From assembly GCA_032718475.1 (NCBI GenBank), contig JAUCBJ010008776.1, positions 62,001 through 126,000 on the forward strand: a stretch of 64,000 nucleotides of DNA. The letters are read 5' to 3'. Of the stretch, positions 26,921 through 37,480 are shown one piece after another. Under the pieces are notes generated by a model. It was not told the DNA's origin. It saw nothing but the letters and a program-made list of their open reading frames with translations, and ran no database searches. This DNA is from Nemertoderma westbladi (taxonomy: Eukaryota > Animalia > Xenacoelomorpha). A program made the position numbers and the translations under genes. Positions within the stretch are counted from its first letter, which is position 1, and each line of letters opens with the position of its first letter.

Positions 26921-28000
26921 TTATTATTATTATTATTATATTCATACTCCAATATGTGAAATATATGGGTACAGAGAGTAATATATACAAACAACTAAAC
27001 AAATTCACCGGTATAGAAAGCACAAAATTAGTAAATACTCACAGAATTAGGAAAAAATATATAGCTTAGATAGAGATATAAATATAACTAGTAATGAATG
27101 TACTAGTAATGACAGAGTCTGTTTGAAAATGTGTTTATTGTATTTGACACTAAAATACTAAAATCAGCGAATCATAACTTTGAAGAATCTACAAGCAGAA
27201 TGTACAGTACAACTAATGTAAATAGAGCGGATGATTTGCGGTGTTTGTTATTCATCATTGTGCTTTGCACATTGTCATTGCAACAATATGTAATCCAATT
27301 AAAATGACAGATCCATGCACAAAGCTTTTAGTCTGAATAATTATGTTGCATGCTCAGCGTTATGTTCGATTTTAACGGATGAATGTGGTGCATTTTCTGT
27401 TCCCCGTATATTTATGAATAATTGAATAATATATTCAGCTAACAAAGCCCTTTACAACTGTTTTAACAATGACTGGGAATGACGTTGAAGGCCAATTACT
27501 GTAACCTTTTAGTTACATATATTTGAATGCGGTTGTACCATAAATATAATTAAAGGTGAGAACCAATTTTGATTTAGTAAGTTAATTATATATATATATA
27601 TATTGTACATCAGTTTCACATTTTTCATTTGAATGGATTGGCATTATGATTCCCAGTATTTCATGATAATTCATGCGACTTAATGTGTTTATTGTTAACT
27701 AACCCTACCCCCAAAACAAAGCAAAACCCTGTCACGGTGACTGAATTAAACAACCAGCAGATCTAAACTGTGGTACTTAAATAGCACATAGTTCGCTTTT
27801 AGGATCGAAGTTTACACACACCACAATTCACAGACCACAATTAAGTGTGCCATAAGCCGATACGATTCCACAGAGATGGGTACTGGGGGACCGCCTTCGT
27901 GACTGCACCCAAGGGCGGCAATCACATATTGGTTCCCCATCCTCATCCTGCACATCCTCATTGTCATCATGATGATCTCAGTGTGAGACTGGTCTGAATA

Positions 28001-29029
28001 ATTAACCAACATTACTAACTTAAGGGTTTTCCTGTATTGATCACTATAGCAAAGGTTTTATCAGAGACTTACACCCCACAAGCGACAAAAAAAATATAGA
28101 ATCAGGACATTTAGCCCAAAATTAGTACAAAGCCGCTAGAGGGCCATCGAAATCAAACAAACATAAAATATAAAATAAACAAAAATAAAAACCAAACATA
28201 CTCAATCAAACAAACAACTAACTGCTCAACACACAGGTGTGTATCACAACCCTACCCTAATCCTATCCATCTTACACTAAATGATACCGGTAGTTTACTG
28301 CACATAACTAAGCCTATATTATGTAAGAAAATATATGGCATTTTGTAGCCACAAAAAATAAATGGAGCAAAGGCAAAAAATAATTAATTTATCATATGGT
28401 TGCGTTTCGGTATCTGAAGACCACAGTACGCTGCTAATCTCCGACACCTCATCAGCTGGGTAAAAGAATTAGCCAGTACCTATCTATACTGCACCCATGA
28501 CCTAGTTAATCGCACCAATCAACTCAGTTACCAATTATCCCCACAGACATCTGACCTTAGAACTTTGAACCCACACTGTTGATAAATCAGTAATACCCAT
28601 GGAATACTGTTAGGTCGCTAGGGCATACGCAAACAGTAAAAACAATAATAGATTTTAAAACACAATGCAGTAATGTCACAGATTGCTCTATACACTCATA
28701 CATTAAACCACAATTAACCAACATTACTGACTTCTGACTACTGACTGGGGTTTTCCTGTATTGATCACTATAGCAAAGGTTTTATCAGGGACTTACACCC
28801 CACAAACTACACAAAAAATATAGAATCAGGACATTTAGCCCAAAATTAGTACAAAGCCGCTAGGGCCATCAAAATCAAACAAATATAAAATAAACAAAAA
28901 TAAAAAACCAAACATACTAAACTGCTCAACACACCGGTGTGTATCACAAAATTTTGGGCTAAATGTCCTGATTCTATATTTTTTTTTGTAGTTTGTGGGG
29001 TGTAAGTCTCTGATAAAACCTTTGCTATA
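28001..29029. repeat. Direct repeat (28001-28247 / 28712-28948) plus ~80-bp inverted arm (28769-28847 / 28950-29029)
   Basis: Sequence identity read directly; only the second copy carries the fold-back arm. Confidence 0.85.
28393..28499 (-). ncRNA. Hammerhead ribozyme motif, probably type III and partly degenerate
   Basis: Minus strand: ...catgggtgcagta..ggtaCTGG..CCAG CTGATGA GGTGTC..GATACC GAAAC gcaaccat; core boxes and helix II intact; helix I/III junction disturbed. Confidence 0.55.
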
Positions 29030-29194
29030 CTGGTCTGAATGACCGAGTGAAAATTGAGTTGCCAATATTTCAGCCATAGAGGTTGATAAACAAACAATAA
29101 TACAAAATACAGAACTTCATCAGGACATACGGAAATTGCTAAAACAAAACAAACTAAACTACTGACAGCTATAGGCCTACCCATGTCCGGATTT

Positions 29195-29596
29195 AGAGTG
29201 GTGGGTGGCCTGGGGTCGGGTCAGTGGTGGGGGCCTGGGGCCGGGTCAGTGGTGAACCGGCCTGGGGCCGGGTCAGTGGTAGGGGGCCTGGGGCCGGGTC
29301 AGTGGTGGGTGGCCTGGGGCCGGGTCAGTGTGGTAGGGGGCCTGGGGCCGGTCAGTGGTGGGGGGCCTGGGGCGGGGTCAGTGGTAGGGGGCCTGGGGCC
29401 GGGTCAGTGGTGGGGGGCCTGGGACCGGGTCAGTGGTGGGTGGCCTGGGGCCGGGTCAGTGGTGGGGGCCTGGAGCCGGGTCAGGGATGGGGGGGGCCTG
29501 GGGCCAGGTCAGTGGTAGGGGGGGGGGGGGGGGCTGGGGCCGGGTCAGTGGTGGGGGGCCTGGGGCCGGGTCAGTGGTGGAGGTCCTGGGCCTGGG
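29195..29596 (+). repeat. G-rich ~26-bp minisatellite (CCTGGGGCCGGGTCAGTGGTRGGGGG), potential G-quadruplex former
   Basis: About 15 copies, three G-runs per unit. Confidence 0.9.
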
Positions 29597-29755
29597 CTCT
29601 ACTGTATGGGATTTACACATACTGCGCCGAGCACTTCTCAAAGACTATACTATACTGAAAGGCACATTTTCTCTCGTTTTCATTACCCTAACTTTTCAAT
29701 ATATTTATCGCAAATACCTTTCAAAGAGACCTGAATGTAGTTGTAAATAAAATAG

Positions 29756-30023
29756 TAGGGATGTTGAGTCAGGAAATTTCCTGAAATTTCCTATATATTT
29801 TTCCGGAAATTTCCTATACATTTTCTGGAAATTTCCTATTTTATTATGCACATAGTAAAACACAAGTAGAGCAAGCACATGAAACAAGGGATTCCTGCTT
29901 AGATGTGTTTAGGTGGTTCGTTGTCTTGTCTCTTGTGGTTGTAACTACGGATGAAATATACTTTTCCGGGAATTTTCTGGAAATTTCCTTAAAAAACATA
30001 TTTCCGGAAAACTCACATCCATA
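29756..30023. mobile_element. hAT-like MITE remnant
   Basis: tagggatgttgagt ... actcacatccata termini with ggaaatttcc subterminal repeats; TSD not recognisable. Confidence 0.5.
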
Positions 30024-31912
30024 TATTGGACTAGGAAATTAGAAATTTGAAGCATGTTCCTGTTTATATCAGTAGAAAAACATCTGATCAAAAAATGCAA
30101 GAATCGAAAGTGAAAAAACTATAATTTCATAAGCTAATGTACAAAAATATATTGACTGTTTTTCACTTTTTGTTTTTGATTTTCATATATTTTGGGAAAA
30201 TAAGTATCAAAATTCAAAATTGCCATGTTCGAATTCAGTTCGGTTCCGGTTCGGCTCCTCTACTGTTCGGTCGATCCCTATAGTCGAGCCGAAATTTTAA
30301 TAAATAAAACTACATTTTGCGTCCGAACTACAATACCAGAATTAATTAACCGTATACTACCAGCCCGTGTTATGTGATTGCATGTACTTTATTATTTAGG
30401 GTAGGGTGTCCAAAAAATAATTTTAACACTTATGTAATTATCACTTGTCGGTTTCATGTTGTTTCGGTTTTACGATGGTGGGTGGGCGGTCTGGCTGCAT
30501 GGGGAGGAGCATGAGGAGTGTAGCAAGTTTCTCGGATACTCAATAGTTGCCACCCATCCCTTCTTACGTATACTATGGAGCAATCTTACACTAGTATAAG
30601 ATTAGAGATGAAGCGGTAGGCGGTAGCCAATGGGGTGTGGTATTCATGATAGATATACTATTGATGCAAGGGTACAAAGGTTACAAGGTATACAGTTTAA
30701 CTACTAATCTTTATAACCTTTTTCTTCCCCCATTTATGCGCGTTAAAATTAAAATTACTACTTTGATTTCACCTACCGTGCAACACTTCTTTGTTTAAAC
30801 CAAATTATACCTATTGAGTCTATTGTAATTACTGTAGTATTGTAATTAGCATTGGTAGCTCCTCTATGTTTGGTTATGTTCAGTTTGGTGTTGGTGGAGG
30901 GAATTTTAAATGTCAGTTTTATATCTGCATATCTTTCTTATGGTCTGAAGCAGGCCGTTTGCAGATAACGTTTACAACTAGCTCTATTTTCAGCCAGTCA
31001 GACCCCATACTGCCTGTCTGTCACTGACAACTTGCATCAATATTATATATATTAATTACACTAGTATAACCGTAACCACTTCAATTAATAAAGCCAGACA
31101 TTTAATTCGATTTTGAATTGAATATTAAACCATCCAATAAAGGTATTTTTCTCAACTTTTATAGTTGCCACCCGTTAAGTGAGCCATACGTAACAGTAAC
31201 AGCAACACTTTGGAAGGACGTGAGCGCAGTCTTGATGAAATTGACGTAGACGTAGTGACGTCGAGGTATTGGGGAACTAAGTTCATTGTGTATTAATTGA
31301 TTGACCATGCCAAGATTGTGGTTTTTAAACTAAAACAAATATATGAATTTCATCTTATCTATATGAAAATCTCAATTGTATTGTAAAAAAATCTCCGCTT
31401 TCATTTGTGGAAATTATTAAATTTCCTTGCCGTTTTTCATTAGTTACCTTAATATGTGGGGGAATTTTTGAATATTTAAAAATTGTGTGGTACTTCCAGT
31501 TACCGAGATATAGTAATGAATTTGCAAGAGGTCCAGTGTAAATTTGATTCCTTTCCAATTGAATAAAATGTTATAGCAACATCATTCTATATTCTGGAAC
31601 ATAATTATTTCGACCATTGATCTTACATACTCAACCTTTTGTTTGGCTTGTATAGTGCGAATTTTTGTAGTTTTCGTACTCGTAGTTTTGCTCGATACCC
31701 ATAATCATTCATAAAACAATTTTCGCACTTTTCTCAGAATTTCCACTATTCATACAAAGTAATTCATATAAAGTAAACATAAAACTCAATATTATAAAGT
31801 TTAATTATAAAGTCACAACTTCTATATTATACAACCGAACAAAGGTAAACTGTATTAAGTAATAGCATTTCGCCATAGTTCTGTCAGTAATTAATGTACT
31901 ATAGTTACATCT

Positions 31913-32451
31913 TTAGAGACATATAACAAGAAACTCCAAGACAATCATTGGAACATAGGTGATCGATCCACTTGGGAAAGTGATAGTGGTTGGAGATGTA
32001 GTAGGCGCATCCATCTTCCACACTTCTGGGGTACACTGCTGCTCAGAACAGCATTGATTTTGGCAAACATAATTTATTGTTGTGGTCCCATCTAATGCGC
32101 TTTCAGAGATTTTATTCAATATAACAATCAATTCGTTTTCGTATCCGACCCAATCTTTATTCACGAGCTCACCGCATTCGTCTTCCGTTAGAGGATCACA
32201 CTGCCCTTGTTTTCTGTAGCACACACTTAGAATGATATCCGCAGTAAATGTCATACCATTCTTGGTTTGGATTGTCAGTCGACGTGATAGGGTTCCGCAA
32301 TCATAGCATACGCGATCCAACATCCGCGGCTTGGACAAGACGAAAAAGCCGTCTATAAATTCCCAGTTTCCTTGGTTTCCTAACAGGAAAGCTACTGCGA
32401 CTGACAGATAGATATGTGGAATGATAAGAAGACGAGATATAAAATTATCAT
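31913..32451 (-). pseudogene. Intronless pseudogene of a secreted, probably GPI-anchored Cys-rich (Ly6/uPAR three-finger-like) protein
   Basis: MIILYLVFLSFHISICQSQ signal peptide, *LSC*E..C....C; frameshift near 32290; then C...C...C...CQNQCCSEQQCT, Thr/Ser/Pro linker and hydrophobic C-terminus; three TAG stops. Confidence 0.6.
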
Positions 32452-32544
32452 TATTGTAAATATGGCTGCTGATCTTTCAACAATGTTTAAATTTTAACTG
32501 GATTCTCTATTTCCAATTGCATGCGATCTCATTTAATCTGATAA

Positions 32545-35500
32545 ATATTACGAGGGGGTAGAGTGGCCAGTTGGCCACTATACCCCTGGAAATAGTTTTA
32601 GGTAGATAAATAAATGGAATTATATTACATATATATTCATATTATATATGTATATATATATATTTACAAAAATTTTCTTATCTCTCTCAACACCAACCAT
32701 ACGTGTGTCTGGTGGTTTACCAAGAAAAAATTACATTAAATTATATTTTCTCATAAATATATATAAACCACTCAGTCACTTAAAAATCGCTACTATTTTG
32801 CACCCTACAGTAAAAAAAATGCCTTCTAAAAAGGTGATAACTATTAGGGAATCTATGTTGGTGGAACACCATATATCAATAATAGGTACTAGGGCCCATG
32901 TAAAGCGAGATCAAGCAGCGGCTGCAGCAGAAGAACAACCAGAGAGACCAGTAGAGAATAGCATCGCGAATGAATCCAGTGGTCACAGCTCCAGTACCGA
33001 GGAGTTGACACCCTCCACAGTCAGTCAAGGAGTGGGAGAAATTTCCAACCCAAACCCACTCTTTATTCTTCCAAGTGGAAGGCTTCTACGTATCTTTCCA
33101 GCAATAGAGGAACATCTGGCCCATTTGATACAGAACAAATGACCCACGAATGAAAGTTACGCAGAGTACCCGCGTGGGGAATTGGAGTTGATCATAGAGA
33201 TTCAGTGGAACTTTCCCGCACCCAGAAAATCTTTCAAATTATCAAAAGTCTCTTGAGATGACCTCCATCAGCTAGGTATGGCAAGAGACACACAAGACCC
33301 AGCAGTATGGAAACGATCGGCAGCCGGATACGTCCAAGGATTCTTGAACTCAATGGGGAAATTGGAAACCCAGCTGTTCAGAGGTCAGCTAGAACCTAAA
33401 GAACAGGGTCAGCTGTTGTATCAAGTACGAGAATGGATACTGAGCATTCGACTGATTTTGTCAGCCTTTGAAGAATACCACGCAATACCTCGCTGCATGT
33501 AGCTATAAAGACCTGGTTTCAATGTGTTGGTGAACGTGTTCAAGGGACGTCAAGTTGGAAGGCACAGTTAGCAGATCAACTCGCTTATGGAAAATCCACC
33601 AATGCTCTTTTTTCGTATGGAGAAGAAGAAGCAGCACCCGGGGCACCACTTAAGAAAGACGCTATAGACATCTACTTGTCAGGTTATCAAAGGTTCATAG
33701 GAGATCAGGAGTTAAGGAGACGTCTGGCGGGACTAGACCCACATAGTGAGGCAGCCAATCTGATATTAGACGCATTAGATGCCGAGATGGAAGTGGTAGA
33801 GCAAGCTAAGATCACTGAAAATGACCTCATCGCCCTGGAAAAGACCAAGGGAGTGAAGAGAGATTTGATTGAGGCTCAAAGAAGAGCTGCAGCAGCAGAA
33901 GCAGATGTGGAAAGAAAAGCTGTAGCAGCTGAAGCCGAAGCGGACAGAAAGGAAGCCGAAAGGGAAAGAAAGGTTGCAACAGCTGAAGCCGAAAGAGAAA
34001 GAAAGGCAGCAGAAAAGTTGGCCCAATAAGAATTGGAGACTATTAAAGAACAACAAGAGCTGCAAAGAAAACAAATAGAAGAAGCGAAGATGAAAATCAG
34101 AAGTCGGTCAGCTCCTAAAAGACATGGATTCCTTACCTCATCAGATGAAGGTACTACTACAGAATCTAAGTGTAGGAGTTATAAATCCAATTTGAACAGA
34201 CACAGACAGGCTCCTATACGACGCAAGTTACCTAACTTGCCCCAACCCCCCCCCCCCCCCCCTCCCCCAGTGAGAAGAGAGTTGGCTAACCCTGATTTAA
34301 AGTCTGGGGAATTAACATCCAAAATTGTTCAGTCTGATAGGCTTCCCACCATCTTGGACATGCCTGAAATAAGTAGGTCTGTCATTAGGACTACCACAAT
34401 GGTTGAGACTCCCTTAATATTAGGCCCTGATTCGAAATTTCCTTTGGAAAGCACTAATCTTCCCTTGACGAGTAGCTGACGAATCCCAGAGGCTGTTATT
34501 AGCGGAGCCAATAAAGGGGAGCGCGAGTCCTTTGGGCATGATTCATCCCCCGTCGCCTCCAGTACTCATCCGCTCAGAGCCACTCCGTTAGCACACCATA
34601 TTCCATCGGCCGAGTGGATTGAGGAACGGCGACAGGAGATGGGTAAGTCAATCAAGTCAAGTCCATCAAGCGGTATCAGTGGGAGAGGTCGTAAAGTTTA
34701 TGAAATGGCTACCTTTTAATGAATTTTATAAGGATAACTCAGGCGGGGTAGCTCAGTTGGTTGAGCACCGGGCCTGCAATCTAATGATTGTAGGTTCAGC
34801 CCCGCCAGGGTCCACTCAGCCTTTCATCCACTGGGGTCGATAAAATGAGTACCAGTTAAATAACTGGGAGCAAATCTTGGGATAGGAGTAGCGCCCACCC
34901 CTACCCTCGGGTAGCAGCTATCGAAAGAGCAGCTATCGAAAGATAACTCAAGGCGGGGTAGCTCAGTTGGTTGAGCACCGGGCCTGCAATCTAATGATTG
35001 TAGGTTCAGCCCCGCCAGGATCCACTCAGCCTTTCATCCACTGGGGTCGATAAAATGAGTACCAGTTAAATAACTGGGAGCAAATCTTGGGATAGGAGTA
35101 GCGCCCACCCCTACCCTCGGGTAGCAGCTATCGAAAGAGGAGCCTTTGGGTCGCCTCCGGCTTCGGCCGACTGTTTGCTTGATAAGGATAACAAACAAAA
35201 CTCTGTATTATCGAACAGTGAAAAGTTACGATTCCTCATCGAGTGCTTGGAAGGCCCTCCCAAATTGATATTGAGTTCATAGGACATCCGGACGGATTGA
35301 AACAAGTCTGGGATACACTCAATATCAGGTATGGAAATAGAACTAACATAGCTAGGTATTTGAATGCTAAATTAGTAGCTCCCCGGAAATTCCCTAGCAA
35401 TCTAATCATAGAGATTTCGGATGATATTCAGGAAATATGTAAACAGTTAGATTGGTTAGATAAATCTGTAGAGTACCAAAGTTTGATGGTAGTCGGAACT

Positions 35501-37480
35501 GTAGCTGCGTCGTTACCCAAGGGCGGAGTAGGCACTCGTTGAGACAAGAAGGTCCTGTACTTCGTGGACCATCATGGGAGAGATCACAAAATGGTGGACC
35601 TTATTAAGTTCCTAACAGGATAGGTGAGATTACAGCTTATTAGACAGTCTAGAGAGAAGACTCCGGAAACTAAGGTAAGTGAGAAACCTATTACTAGGCG
35701 TAAGATAACTCCTGTCTGTTACACTGAATATGAGAGCCAAACTTCTTGTGAAGAGGAAAGCGGCAAAGATACCGCAGATATATATTATACCACTAAAGGT
35801 AAGGATAAAGGTAAACACAAGGTTACAACCAATAATAACAAGAGGGAATACTTCTAAACTCCTCCGACTTCACCCAAGAGGATTCCTAATAAGAAACCTG
35901 AGAAAAAAAACTCGTATGCAATCACTTTTCCACCCAAGGGAACCAACCTTAAACCAAAGTGTGTGTTATTCGAGGGACCACACTACCTGAATAAGTGTGA
36001 GGAATTCCTACAAAAGGACCTTAAGGACAGGCATAGTGTAACTTGGAATAAGAGGTTATGTTACAAATGTTTAAGGAAAAGACATCAGAGGAAGACTTGT
36101 TATTTGGACTCTAAGTGCGCTAAGTATGGAGCTAAACACCATTCTTTGCTACAGTGTGAGTTTGACAAGGTAAGCGAACCCGAAATGCATGTCCAGTTCA
36201 ATGATGTGAATGACATACACCAGAGTTCAGGATGGAAGGATTCTACACTGATGAGTTTTACGATGAGAACGAATCCTGCTACATGATTAATGCTTCCATC
36301 TATAGAGCCCTCACCCATGAGACAACAATTGATGGAGAGGAAGTTAAACTACCAATTCCTGATAAACACGTCTTGTGGAAGGTCTCTCAACCATCTGTTG
36401 GCATTAGAGAGTTTCCCATATACAAGGACAAGGTAAGAGTTTGATATTGAACACCCTCCTTGATTCAGGAAGTACGGCACTTTCATAGACAAAGATCTAG
36501 CCGAATACATTTTTGATGGACAGGAGAAGTTCCGAACCAAACTAAATCTCTCTGGAATCATGCAAGTGTGGAAATCTACTATTGAGACGGACTTCTATGT
36601 GGGATCACTATCTACCCCACAGGTTAAATCAGGTAAGGATAGCGTAAAGTATATAAAAATGGCTATTAAGAACTTTGCCACCAGTCAGGTAGAACCTTAT
36701 GATTGGGATGAAGACAGTTTTTCTAACTAGTATAGGGTTCCCAGATTTAAGACCGACTATCCAGGAGTCCAGATGTTAATAGGCCAAAACGCCCATGAAG
36801 CGTTAGAAACCTTGGAGAAGAGACCTGCCCAACCACGACCTGGGCAAACATACACAGGAAGAACTCGGGTAGGTTGGTATTTCACTGGCCCATCTCAATG
36901 AACCCTGAGGGAAAGAACAGAAAACATCAATATGAGGCAGGTAAGTGAGAGTATAGAAATAGTAAATGAGGAAGTAATCACAGCTGAGGAAACTCCATGC
37001 TCCTCTGTTAATGACGATATACATGTATTGTATGATGAGGATAATATAATAGGACCACTCACTGAAAATCAAGCCTGGTCTAATCAAACAGAATTATGTG
37101 AACTGATTCCACAAAATAACGAGTTATTAGCTTACGAAGATGACGAACTCAATGAAGTGGTGGAGTGATACAATGCAAAACTGAGAGATGAACATGCCGT
37201 GAGATTATTTACGCAAGAAGCTGTTAAACCTAACTCATATGTTAAAACTCTATCCGTAGAGGAGGAGAGAGCTAAAGAACTTCAAGCTACGACAACTCGT
37301 TATCTCAAAGGGCAGGGTCGTTACGAGATCGGTTTACCTTTCAGGAAATGAGAACCCAGCTTCATAAATAATCGACCATTAGCCACCAAAAGAATCGAAC
37401 AACTACATCGACGCTTATCCACTAACAATAAAGCTAAAGAGATGTATGAAACTCAACTGTAAAAGAGAGAACGTATTATT
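32545..37480 (+). mobile_element. Decayed BEL/Pao LTR retrotransposon (gag, protease, start of RT; 3'-truncated)
   Basis: DUF1759-like LSNSEKLRFLIECLEG..VWDTLNIRYG; triple Zn knuckle ..HYLNKC..CYKCLRKRHQRKTC..C....KHHSLL (35960-36150); protease LLDSGS..FIDKDLA (~36455); MLIGQ..TRVGWYFTGP; GRYEIGLPF..NNRPLATKRI..L.RRL; many stops and frameshifts; left boundary/LTR uncertain. Confidence 0.85.
34739..35181 (+). mobile_element. Tandemly duplicated tRNA-derived SINE inserted in BEL gag
   Basis: Heads ggcggggtagctcagttgg..ctgcaat..ggttcagccc; central ctcagcctttcatcc..ggtcgataaaatgagtacc; 11-bp TSD ATAAGGATAAC (34728-34738, 35182-35192); removing it restores the gag frame. Confidence 0.85.

Noticed and set aside
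29183-29750. Gly-rich silk/collagen-like ORFs
   Set aside because: Translation of a G-rich minisatellite whose unit length varies and is mostly not a multiple of 3
32340-32400. Three in-frame TAG codons suggesting stop-codon reassignment
   Set aside because: The same gene has a frameshift and other decayed ORFs in the window show all three stop types; ordinary decay suffices
32545-32720. BEL 5' LTR and primer-binding site
   Set aside because: A hairpin, AATAAA and a TGG are present, but there is no second LTR or clear TG..CA ends to confirm boundaries
34741-34815. tRNA-Cys(GCA)-like gene, two copies
   Set aside because: Imperfect T-arm and anticodon stem, followed by SINE body and flanked by a TSD; it is a SINE head
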